A DNA stretch of 64,000 bases. It comes from Bdellovibrionales bacterium. GTDB lineage: Bacteria > Bdellovibrionota > Bdellovibrionia > Bdellovibrionales > UBA1609. The stretch spans positions 148,207 through 212,206 of the forward strand of contig DAHVQG010000003.1 of the NCBI GenBank assembly GCA_027317865.1. Direction: 5' to 3'. Below the pieces are notes generated by a model. That model was not told where the DNA came from, did no database searches, and saw only the letters and a program-made list of their open reading frames with translations. Made by a program: the position numbers and the translations under genes. Position 1 is the first letter of the stretch. Each line of letters opens with the position of its first letter. This document shows, one piece after another, positions 26,756-35,172 of this stretch.

Positions 26756-28042
26756 ATGAAGGAGCAATGGAGCGGCAAAACAATTGCAATAATTGTCGTC
26801 GGTACGTTTCTTCTTCTAATAGGTTTTAACAATTGCGGCAAAAGTTTTGAAGCGGTTGGCGCCGGTGGCAATGGTGCGGCCGGATATTATTCGCCAACGG
26901 GCCAGGTGCTTGCCGAATGCGCGCAATTCGGAACGGGTTCGGACTGGGGGCCTGTCGAAATGGCAAATGTCGTTTTAGGCGGTGAGCCGGCCGTGACCAT
27001 TCCGGTTCAAGTGATCGACTCGTCTTATGCAACCGTGCCGTCCAGTTGCCCTTCGCCCGATACGGATCCGAAAACCGCGGGGTTTAACGGCATTTTAGGC
27101 GTCGGTTTATTTAAACAAGATTGCGGGTCTCAGTGTACAACTGATTCAACCACGCAAATGTATTATGTTTGCAACAACAGCTCTTGTACCGCAACAACCG
27201 CAACACTCGCCGAACAAGTGACAAATCCCGTCGCGGAACTGCCGCAAGATAATAACGGTGTCGCCTTGGTTTTGCCGACCGTCGCATACAGCGGCGGATA
27301 CTTTGCGAACGGTTACATGCTTTTGGGGATCGGAACCGAAAGTAATAACTCCCCTGCGGCAGTGACCGAGTTAACTGCGGACGATACGTATGGCGAATTT
27401 ACGGATGAATTTAACGGCACGCAAATGTCTGGGTTCATCGATAGCGGGTCAAACGGATATTTTATACCGGCGTCTTCGAAGTATTATCCGGATTGCACGA
27501 ACTCCCAATACAATCAGTGGTTCTGCCCTTCTGCAAATTACAGTTCGACTGCCACTGCCATCGGGGTGAATAACAAGCAAGAGTCGTTTCCGTTTCAAAT
27601 TGGCAATGCCGAAAATTTGTTTAATTCAGGTAATTTCGCGTTTATGAATTTGGGCGGCGACAGCAGCGGCTCGCTCGGCAGTTTCGGCGATATGGGATTG
27701 CCATTTTTCTTTGGCCGAACTGTATATGTCGGCCTCGAACATACCAAATCACCGATCGGCACTGGCCCCTATTGGGCGTTTTCTGGCGGTCAAAATCTGG
27801 TTGATGTGAACGGTTCGGTCGCTATCCCGCCGGGCCCGAATGTGATGACCGTTTCGATCGGCAACACGGGTCAGTGCGACGGTGACAGTTACGACAATGA
27901 ACCGTGTACGTCAGTTACGATTTGCTCACCTGGTTCGACAAATTGCCAAACTATAAACAACATTTTGGTCGATACGGGCAGTTACGGTCTGCGGGTTTTT
28001 TCGTCGGTACTTCAGGTCAATCTCAAACCTGAAAATCCGTGA
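26756..28042 (+). CDS. DUF3443-type pepsin-fold (aspartic-protease-like) exported protein, apparently circularly permuted
   Basis: The 428-aa ORF has an N-terminal anchor TIAIIVVGTFLLLIGFNNC. The motif order is GILGVG (112-116), FIDSGSNGYF (D229), LPFFFGRTVYVG (317-), then CSPGSTNCQTINNILVDTGSYGLRVF (D406) at the extreme C-terminus. Confidence 0.7.
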   Translation: MKEQWSGKTIAIIVVGTFLLLIGFNNCGKSFEAVGAGGNGAAGYYSPTGQVLAECAQFGTGSDWGPVEMANVVLGGEPAVTIPVQVIDSSYATVPSSCPSPDTDPKTAGFNGILGVGLFKQDCGSQCTTDSTTQMYYVCNNSSCTATTATLAEQVTNPVAELPQDNNGVALVLPTVAYSGGYFANGYMLLGIGTESNNSPAAVTELTADDTYGEFTDEFNGTQMSGFIDSGSNGYFIPASSKYYPDCTNSQYNQWFCPSANYSSTATAIGVNNKQESFPFQIGNAENLFNSGNFAFMNLGGDSSGSLGSFGDMGLPFFFGRTVYVGLEHTKSPIGTGPYWAFSGGQNLVDVNGSVAIPPGPNVMTVSIGNTGQCDGDSYDNEPCTSVTICSPGSTNCQTINNILVDTGSYGLRVFSSVLQVNLKPENP

Positions 28043-28661
28043 TGATCGTCATCTGTGGATGATCGAGTAGCCAACTTGCCGGGAGCTTTTGGCGCTCCGA
28101 CTCGACTTTTTTTGCGCCGGCATCAAGAACCCTTTTGAGGATTTCTTTTTTTTGCAAACCGCGAACGAGTAGAGCAATGGCTTTCGTTTTTAAAAAAGCG
28201 TTTGCTCCATAAGAAACCGCGCGTGTGTTCGGCGGCAAATGAAGACGGGCACAGGTGTCGTCGGTGAGTGTCAGACATCCCGAATAAAATTTTTGCGGCA
28301 GGCTCGGTTCATGAAATGCGATGTGGCCGTTCATACCGAGCCCTAAAAATGCGAAATCCGCGCCTCGTTCAGCCGTATCAATAAATTCGAATCGCGGCTT
28401 GAACATCGGCAATTCATCTAAAAAAAATTTTTGAAACGGGCGCTCGGTATTATGCAATATTTCATCAACTTGCACTAAGCGTATCGATTCATCGACGAGC
28501 TGCGGATTTTCGCGCCATGACCTGTAAAGAGGTCGAGGGGTCTCGCCTGCGGGCACAAAAAGTCGAAACGGGCGTGGAGTTATATTACGGCTTTGTTGAT
28601 GGAGCCAATCGTTGGCACAATCAATCCACTCGCGTTCATTTTTACAAACTTCGAAGTTCAT
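28023..28661 (-). CDS. Short NagB/Pgl-family protein (glucosamine-6-phosphate deaminase / 6-phosphogluconolactonase fold)
   Basis: In the 212-aa ORF, LFVPAGETPRPLY, VQVDEI and LGLGMNGHIAFHEP align with NagB motifs (GLPTGGTP, FNMDEY, GVGNDGHIAFNEP). Confidence 0.65.
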   Translation of the reverse strand: MNFEVCKNEREWIDCANDWLHQQSRNITPRPFRLFVPAGETPRPLYRSWRENPQLVDESIRLVQVDEILHNTERPFQKFFLDELPMFKPRFEFIDTAERGADFAFLGLGMNGHIAFHEPSLPQKFYSGCLTLTDDTCARLHLPPNTRAVSYGANAFLKTKAIALLVRGLQKKEILKRVLDAGAKKVESERQKLPASWLLDHPQMTIITDFQV

Positions 28662-28726
28662 ACCTGCGCGTCAGCTCTAGTCCCGCTTTCGCCTCCTCGC
28701 TAAAATTGTAACTGAGGTCTACTGTT

Positions 28727-29431
28727 TTGAAAAAGTGTAATTTAGTAATTGTCGCGCACCCCGATGACGAGACGTTGTTTTTCGGAGGACTTATACTCGC
28801 CGATCGTCGCTTCGAATGGCGCGTTGTGTGCGTGACGGATGGCAACGCCGATGGGTTGGGGTCAGAGCGGCACAATCAGTTCGCGCGCGCCTGCCGGGCG
28901 CTCGGCGTTCGACACCATGAATTCTTTGATCTGCCTGATCGATATGACTCGCGGTTATCGCAAAATGAGTTACAAACACGTCTTAGAGGACTTTATGATC
29001 GTCTAAGACGGGAGGGCCAGTCGCTCCACGATGTTTATACACACGGCCCGCTCGGCGAGTATGGGCACCCCCACCATCAGGATGTTTCTCTTGCCGTCCA
29101 TGAAACCCTTGCGCTGCAGACGCGAAAATCATCAAAGGTTTGGGGGGTGGCTTACAATTGTGCAGCTGACCGCGTTCTCGAATTGTCTCACGCGCATTTC
29201 AAGAAAAAGTCCGATATTTTGGCGAAAATTTATTTAGGCGAGACAACCCGGTTTATTCAATTTTTACCGGCAACAAGTGCCGAAGCATTTGCACGTTTTA
29301 AATTGTCAGAAGTTCGAGCATTGCATGCTTATATATCCGCTAAAACCGCACCGACCGCGCTTTACAAATATAATTGGTTCCGGCCTTATTTGGCGGCTTT
29401 TCGCGAAGCTGTGGTCAAACGTCCGTTTTAG
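28727..29431 (+). CDS. PIG-L/LmbE-family N-acetylglucosaminyl deacetylase
   Basis: It starts at TTG. The N-terminal motif is VIVAHPDDETLFFGG, with later His-rich metal ligands (GHPHHQD). Confidence 0.8.
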   Translation: MKKCNLVIVAHPDDETLFFGGLILADRRFEWRVVCVTDGNADGLGSERHNQFARACRALGVRHHEFFDLPDRYDSRLSQNELQTRLRGLYDRLRREGQSLHDVYTHGPLGEYGHPHHQDVSLAVHETLALQTRKSSKVWGVAYNCAADRVLELSHAHFKKKSDILAKIYLGETTRFIQFLPATSAEAFARFKLSEVRALHAYISAKTAPTALYKYNWFRPYLAAFREAVVKRPF

Positions 29432-29450
29432 CCCGGCTCTTCGCGTTGGT

Positions 29451-30113
29451 TTAGGCTGCCGATTGACGGCGTAATTTTTCACGCAATTCTTGCACTTCGG
29501 CTCTCAGACGTTCGTTTTCTTGCACCAAATCTCGGATCTTTTTTTGAAGTAATTCGGCTGAGTTAATCGCTTTAGCTGCCGGTTGCGCGGTAGGTATTGA
29601 GCGCTCGCTTGTAACAGCGGGGGTGAGGGGAACTGCGGCTTGCGCCAGAAGTTCTTCGATATTTTCAGAAATGATTAATTCAGGAGCGAACTTTTCGGCT
29701 CGCAAGCGGCCGTCGAGCATCATCGCCCGCGCCTCTTCGATAATTTTCAAAAATGCGGCCGAGATTTCGGCTGGCGACGGGGAATTTGTTTTAAAAAGAT
29801 CGTCAATTGTCCGTTTTTGGGCGTGGGTGTGAGTTTGTAATAGGCGGCTGCTCTGCTCACTGCTTAAGCCGTGCATGGCCGTCGCAAGAGTTAATACGGC
29901 TAGGCCCTTAGAAACTTCGGCGATTGTGTTGTCGTTCCAGTTCAACATTTTTTCGATTGTAAGCATTTTTTCGCGCACGGCGCGCGCCCACCGAGGATCT
30001 TCGCCTTCTATGATGTTTAAAAAATTATCCTGCTTTTGTTTACCGCAGGTTTCGATTAGCTGAATAAGTTGTATAAAGCCGCCTGGCCTTTGGTAGCGCG
30101 ATAACATACCCAT
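29451..30113 (-). CDS. FliG-C-like domain protein with C-terminal coiled coil (not in a flagellar context)
   Basis: In the 220-aa ORF, the segment EGEDPRWARAVREKMLTIEKMLNWNDNTIAEVSKGL...LATAMHGLSSEQSSRLL...KRTIDDL...ISAAFLKIIEEARAMMLDG follows the FliG middle/C-terminal pattern (EDPE.A..I...MF.FEDI..LDD..IQ..L...). The tail LLQKKIRDLVQENERLRAEVQELREKL is coiled-coil-like. Confidence 0.45.
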   Translation of the reverse strand: MGMLSRYQRPGGFIQLIQLIETCGKQKQDNFLNIIEGEDPRWARAVREKMLTIEKMLNWNDNTIAEVSKGLAVLTLATAMHGLSSEQSSRLLQTHTHAQKRTIDDLFKTNSPSPAEISAAFLKIIEEARAMMLDGRLRAEKFAPELIISENIEELLAQAAVPLTPAVTSERSIPTAQPAAKAINSAELLQKKIRDLVQENERLRAEVQELREKLRRQSAA

Positions 30114-30220
30114 CGATTTGCTCCCGAATCCCGTCTAAAATACATCGGCACATTGGCGCCTAAACTCAAGGCCGGTTGAATTAAATGTTGCCGGCTGAGC
30201 TAAATCATTCAAAGTTTCAA

Positions 30221-31258
30221 CTAGCGATGGTGGCGCGGCACAAAATGATGATGTAAATGCGGATGTGGTCGGTAATATTTGCGATAGACGTGGCGTCCGC
30301 TACCCTCTAGAGCTTTGGCGGTCGGTTTGTGCATGCGCATGGTTGGTGCGTTTCGCCATAAATTCGCGACTACAAATGTATCGATTTGATCGATGTTTTT
30401 GACTTTGCGTTGTCTTAAATTTTGGTACAGTGCTGGGTTATGCGCGCGAATATCCGCCATAACCGACTTAAACGCTCGCCTTTGCAATTTGTGTAGTTCT
30501 TGTTGTTGCGCTTTCGGCAATTTCGCTATGGCCCGCTTGCTGATTTTGACTTCAGATTGTCGATGAATTTTAGCTAACTCGCTTCGTGTCGTCTGAATGA
30601 CACGCGGAGCTGAATGAGATTTTGTGCTCGAATCGGCAGAAAAACCGGTTTTCACAGTTACGATCTGCGACGGATCTTTGGCGTTACGAAAAGCCACTGC
30701 TCCCCGCAAGACCGTCAGTTCTGTGCCGATATTGGCGTTCGACCGGGTGAAAAAGTCAGTTCCGCGTACGCCGGCGATCGCGTCGGGTGTCACAATGCGA
30801 AGGTGGTTGCGCGGCCCCACTTTTGAAATAAGCGCGCGGAACCTACCGTAAAACATTTTGAGCATGGAATTGGCGTGGACATTCTGATGCGGATTGTTTT
30901 GAGTTGCGGCATTTTTCAAATCAACCGGCAAAACAAACGAGCTGGCTTTGCCGATAAAAAAAGTGTCGCCATTCGGATAAACGATTCTGATTTTTCCGTT
31001 TGTGCCACTGAGTACGATTTCACCTGGGCTTAGCTTTTGGCCGATTTTTGCAAGATGATAGACGTATTTCTTTCCGTGCAATTTCGCAAATGGACCGTGG
31101 GCACCCGCTTGCGGTAGATGCAGAATTTTAACGTCACCTTGAACGGCGAGTATAGTCCCGACAAAAGTCTGCGCAAGGGCCGCCGACCCGGCACACAAAA
31201 ATCCGGCACAAAGAAGTTCGACAATAATCACGTTGATGCGGTTAAGATGTAATTTCAT
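30221..31258 (-). CDS. FecR-domain exported protein with a His-rich C-terminus
   Basis: The 345-aa ORF has a signal VELLCAGFLCAGSAALA. The FecR-like beta region is ILAVQGDVKILH...GQKLSPGEIVLSGTNGKIRIVYPNGDTFFIGKASSF. The C-terminus is YYRPHPHLHHHFVPRHHR. Confidence 0.6.
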   Translation of the reverse strand: MKLHLNRINVIIVELLCAGFLCAGSAALAQTFVGTILAVQGDVKILHLPQAGAHGPFAKLHGKKYVYHLAKIGQKLSPGEIVLSGTNGKIRIVYPNGDTFFIGKASSFVLPVDLKNAATQNNPHQNVHANSMLKMFYGRFRALISKVGPRNHLRIVTPDAIAGVRGTDFFTRSNANIGTELTVLRGAVAFRNAKDPSQIVTVKTGFSADSSTKSHSAPRVIQTTRSELAKIHRQSEVKISKRAIAKLPKAQQQELHKLQRRAFKSVMADIRAHNPALYQNLRQRKVKNIDQIDTFVVANLWRNAPTMRMHKPTAKALEGSGRHVYRKYYRPHPHLHHHFVPRHHR

Positions 31259-31313
31259 AATAAAAAAGCGTCACTGAAAGTCAGCACACAGTCAAGCGGT
31301 TAGGAGCGATGTT

Positions 31314-32099
31314 ATGGTTGCGAAGCGAATGGTAAAGCAATTGCTAGTAATGGGTACGGTGGTTGTGTTCGCTGCCGCGCCGGCTCTCGCCGACAATATC
31401 AATGACGTTTTAAACGATGCAAAACTGAGTTACCCCGAACTTGAAGTTACTCCGCGAGCTTCGGCTCGGCTTAAAATGGAGGCGCGCGCCGAAATCTATA
31501 ATCACTGGGAGCTTCACATACCCGTTCAAAGTTCGGCGCTTTTGACTCTTGCGGCGGCAATAAGTGCTCAACCAAGAGCTAATCTTTCATCATCCCAACA
31601 GTCAGCATTTGATTCCTCAAAGCAAATCGCCATAGGCGTCGGCGTGGGGTGGCTCGCTATAACCCTGGGGCTATCAGCCTGGTATCGCCCGTATCTTTCC
31701 GGTTATCGTGAAATCGCCAGAATGCCGAACAAAACGGAGCGGCAACAATTGACGCGCGAGCGCCTGGCTGAAGAAGCTTTGTATGCCCCCGAAGACCTTG
31801 CGATTAAAATTAAATGGTTTTCATTTGTGTCGAATCTCGCCGCGAACGTTGCGGTCATGACGAATGCCGACAAATCGTCACAGGGTTTTTTGGCCGTTGC
31901 GGCTTTTGCCTCACTCGCACCGATTTTGTTCCCCTATCGATGGGAGACGGTTGCGGAGTTGCAGCGCAAGTATTTAAAACGAATTTATGGACCGGTGACA
32001 AGCGCGGTCTTGATGCCGGTGGAGGTTGCTAATTCTTCGCGGGCGCCAGATTCAGCTGTACGATACTCGCCGGGAGTCGAGATGCAATGGACTTTCTAA
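31314..32099 (+). CDS. Exported/membrane protein of unknown function ending in an OMP-like beta-signal
   Basis: The 261-aa ORF has a signal LLVMGTVVVFAAAPALA. Its C-terminus VEMQWTF has alternating hydrophobics and a terminal Phe. Confidence 0.5.
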   Translation: MVAKRMVKQLLVMGTVVVFAAAPALADNINDVLNDAKLSYPELEVTPRASARLKMEARAEIYNHWELHIPVQSSALLTLAAAISAQPRANLSSSQQSAFDSSKQIAIGVGVGWLAITLGLSAWYRPYLSGYREIARMPNKTERQQLTRERLAEEALYAPEDLAIKIKWFSFVSNLAANVAVMTNADKSSQGFLAVAAFASLAPILFPYRWETVAELQRKYLKRIYGPVTSAVLMPVEVANSSRAPDSAVRYSPGVEMQWTF

Positions 32100-32976
32100 A
32101 TATGCCCGGTTTCAAATTATAAAACGTATCTTTTGAGATATTTTCGGCAAATGCGACGGATTGTACAGCGGGTAGACCAAGTCCGCCGTTTGTGATCGCA
32201 TAGTTATATGCCGTGATAAAATTGTCGGCAGCTTCCGGCCCTTGTGCAACCACATTGTCTGCAATTTTGAGCGCCGTTGCAATGGGGGCAGCCGGGCCCT
32301 TACTTGAAGTTAGAAAGCGATATAGTTTTATAAACTGGCCGGCAATTAGTGCATCAAAGTTTTCGGCCCGTTTTACTACGCGTGCGGCAATAATACCGCA
32401 AAGCGGTTTGGAGTAATTCATGCCTTTGCTGCTGTCACAAAATTTTACGAGTTTAACAAAATCTTTAGCAGCTATACGAGGGTCGCCGGTGTAATTTGTT
32501 GCGAGCGCATTAGCGAGAATCAATGACGTGCGATAATCGAGATTCAGATATTTAGTTAAATAACTTCGGGTGAAAACCAAAACGAAGGTATCGCTGTAAG
32601 CTTGGGGGCGGTTTGCGAGTTCAACGGCAATCTTTATAGCGTCGTGCGTGCCCGAACCGGATTTCGATAAAACTTCGAACACTTTCACAAAACGTCCCGC
32701 TGCGCCTGAGCAGCCTTTTGCCACCTGACTTGCGACGTCGAACATTTGCTCCCGAGTGAGTGCTAAATCCGGGTGCTTTTGTAAATATTCAAATGTTGTT
32801 ATGAACTCTCGCGCTGAAGAGCAACGTTCAGGCACTTGGCTTGCTTTTAGCAGTTTAGTATCGAGATGTGCTGTCGTGAGGTCCTTCAAAGATGCCGCTT
32901 GGGCGACACGTGTAGGCGCAAGCGAAAAGATACTAAAAGCGAAAACGCAACAAAGCGTGCGAAGTATAAATTTCAC
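32029..32976 (-). CDS. Exported alpha-helical orphan protein
   Basis: The 315-aa ORF has a signal LRTLCCVFAFSIFSLAPTRVAQA. Its 3' end overlaps the convergent gene by 71 nt. Confidence 0.55.
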   Translation of the reverse strand: MKFILRTLCCVFAFSIFSLAPTRVAQAASLKDLTTAHLDTKLLKASQVPERCSSAREFITTFEYLQKHPDLALTREQMFDVASQVAKGCSGAAGRFVKVFEVLSKSGSGTHDAIKIAVELANRPQAYSDTFVLVFTRSYLTKYLNLDYRTSLILANALATNYTGDPRIAAKDFVKLVKFCDSSKGMNYSKPLCGIIAARVVKRAENFDALIAGQFIKLYRFLTSSKGPAAPIATALKIADNVVAQGPEAADNFITAYNYAITNGGLGLPAVQSVAFAENISKDTFYNLKPGIFRKSIASRLPASIVQLNLAPAKN

Positions 32977-33120
32977 TCTTTTGATATCGGTTTAACTGCG
33001 CAATCGCCCGATGGCCTATCGTCGAGCTGTAGTGCGTTATTTGTCGCGGCGCTAATGTAAAACAAATAATCGCAGCATAGTCTTGTGCCGTGAACTCTAG
33101 TTGCGCGAGGATGCGAGATT

Positions 33121-33861
33121 ATGATTGAACTACCAATTGTAGAATACTTGCGGGGGCAGCCGGTGACCGGGCGAAAGATTTATATAATTGAAGACGAACA
33201 AGATATTTCGGAGTTGATGCGGTTTAATTTGTCGCTTGAAGGTTTTGCAGTCGAAACTTTTTCTACGGGCGAAGCCGGGCTAAAAGCGATCGAAGAAAAC
33301 GCTCCGGATCTGCTGATTCTCGATATCATGCTCCCCGGTATGAGCGGGCTCGAAATTTGCCGGCAATTAAAAGAAGGGCAAAACACAAAAAAAATTCCAA
33401 CTATTATTGTCTCTGCGCGTGGCGAAGAGGCCGATGTCGTGCGCGGTCTTGAAATAGGCGCGGACGACTACGTAACAAAACCGTTTAGCCCCAAAGTGTT
33501 GCACGCGCGGGTTGAAGCGGTTTTACGGCGCGGGCAAGAGGCGCGAAAAGCGGCTGAAGTGGTTCAAATCGGCGGACTTACGATCAATGCCGGTCGTGTC
33601 GAGGTGCTTGTTGACGGTGAAAAAGTCAGTCTCACCCAATCCGAATTTCGGATTCTACATTTTTTAGCGCAACGACCCGGCTGGGTCTATACGCGCTCAC
33701 AAATCGTTGAAGCCATTCGCGGCGAAAACTATTCAGTCACCGACCGTACGATCGATTTTCAAATGGTGGGCTTACGAAAAAAACTGGGCTCAGTGGGGCA
33801 TCTGATTGAAACGGTTCGGGGAGTAGGGTATCGGTTCAGAGATTCGGAACCTAATTTGTGA
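33121..33861 (+). CDS. phoB: Phosphate-regulon-type OmpR-family response regulator
   Basis: In the 246-aa ORF, SARGEEADVVRGLEIGADDYVTKPFSPKVLHARVEAVLRR is nearly collinear with E. coli PhoB [39 protein letters not shown]. The C-terminus is TVRGVGYRF. Confidence 0.85.
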   Translation: MIELPIVEYLRGQPVTGRKIYIIEDEQDISELMRFNLSLEGFAVETFSTGEAGLKAIEENAPDLLILDIMLPGMSGLEICRQLKEGQNTKKIPTIIVSARGEEADVVRGLEIGADDYVTKPFSPKVLHARVEAVLRRGQEARKAAEVVQIGGLTINAGRVEVLVDGEKVSLTQSEFRILHFLAQRPGWVYTRSQIVEAIRGENYSVTDRTIDFQMVGLRKKLGSVGHLIETVRGVGYRFRDSEPNL

Positions 33862-35162
33862 ACGACCGACGGCAACCCGCGAAATCACGACAATTTTTTT
33901 GGCAAATTTTTGCCGCACTCAGCGGCCTGAGCGTCTGTTCGCTTTTAGCGGCTTATTTCATTGCGCCGTCTGATCCGAAACTTTTGCGAGCTTTAATGAT
34001 TTTGCTCCCTGTGCAATTCGTTGTCTCTGTGATACTGGCCCTGCGATTGCGGCGACCCGTAGATGTCTTGCGTTTGGCTTTGCAGCGTATTCGCTTGCAA
34101 CTTCGACACCGAATTCAAATGTTGTCGGCGCAAAAAAATGAACAAGACGCTTTGTTATCGTCAATGGCCGAGGGTGTGGTCGCCATCGATGCAGAAATGC
34201 GGATTATACAGGTTAATCGTGCGGCAGCCCGAATCTTGCAACTTGATCCGAAAGCCGCAGTGGGCTGTTTGTTGCACGATTTAATTCAAGAGCCATCGGT
34301 TATCGAACTCATTGAAACGGTCCGGCGCGATAATCAATCAGCAGAGCGCGACATCGAGCTCAAGGGCGATCGTTCGCGCCATTTGCAGGTGCAAGCCGGT
34401 CCCATGAATTTTGACGCCAAAGCGGCCGGGGTGGTGGTCGTGTTTTCAGATGTAACTCGTATGCGAGAACTTGAGGGTATGCGCCGCAATTTTGTTTCTA
34501 ACGTTTCGCACGAACTGCGCACGCCGCTGACGTCGATACAGGGTTTCGCCGAGACTTTGCTCAATCCGGCGGTAAAAGACCCCGAAGAAGTTCGCAAATT
34601 CTTGCAGATTATTCAACGTCATGCCACCCGTCTCGGCCGCATCATCGACGACATACTGACACTTTCGAGTCTCGAGCGTGATGCTGAAAATAATCAAATT
34701 GAACTTAAAATTGATTTGATTCGGCCCGTCCTGCAGGCGGCTGTCGAACTATGCGGCAAAAAGGCCGAGGTTAAAAAAATCAAAATCGAATTGACGTGTG
34801 CCGAAGAGATTTCAGCTCCAATTGATACGCATCTACTTGAACAAGCCGTGATCAACCTAGTTGACAATGCCGTCCGCTATAGCGATGAAGGCCAGCCGAT
34901 TCGTGTTGAAGCTGAGCAAGTTGGGTCTGAAATTTTCATTCGTGTGATCGACCATGGAATTGGCATTCCTGAAAAACAATTGCCGCGGATTTTTGAACGT
35001 TTTTACCGTGTCGACAAAGCCCGCAGCCGCGAACTCGGTGGCACAGGCTTAGGGCTATCAATTGTTAAACATATTGCGCTCGCACACAAAGGGAGCGTTG
35101 AGGTACAGAGCCAGGTCGGTGAGGGGAGCCAATTTACAATTCGGCTACCCTCATCTCAGTAG
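33858..35162 (+). CDS. phoR: PhoR-like sensor histidine kinase (TM, PAS, HisKA, HATPase_c)
   Basis: The 434-aa ORF overlaps phoB by 4 nt. The H-box context is RRNFVSNVSHELRTPLTSIQGFAETL (E. coli PhoR: RNFFANVSHELRTPLT). The G-box is GGTGLGLSIVKHI. Confidence 0.8.
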   Translation: MNDRRQPAKSRQFFWQIFAALSGLSVCSLLAAYFIAPSDPKLLRALMILLPVQFVVSVILALRLRRPVDVLRLALQRIRLQLRHRIQMLSAQKNEQDALLSSMAEGVVAIDAEMRIIQVNRAAARILQLDPKAAVGCLLHDLIQEPSVIELIETVRRDNQSAERDIELKGDRSRHLQVQAGPMNFDAKAAGVVVVFSDVTRMRELEGMRRNFVSNVSHELRTPLTSIQGFAETLLNPAVKDPEEVRKFLQIIQRHATRLGRIIDDILTLSSLERDAENNQIELKIDLIRPVLQAAVELCGKKAEVKKIKIELTCAEEISAPIDTHLLEQAVINLVDNAVRYSDEGQPIRVEAEQVGSEIFIRVIDHGIGIPEKQLPRIFERFYRVDKARSRELGGTGLGLSIVKHIALAHKGSVEVQSQVGEGSQFTIRLPSSQ

Positions 35163-35172
35163 AAATTTGGTA

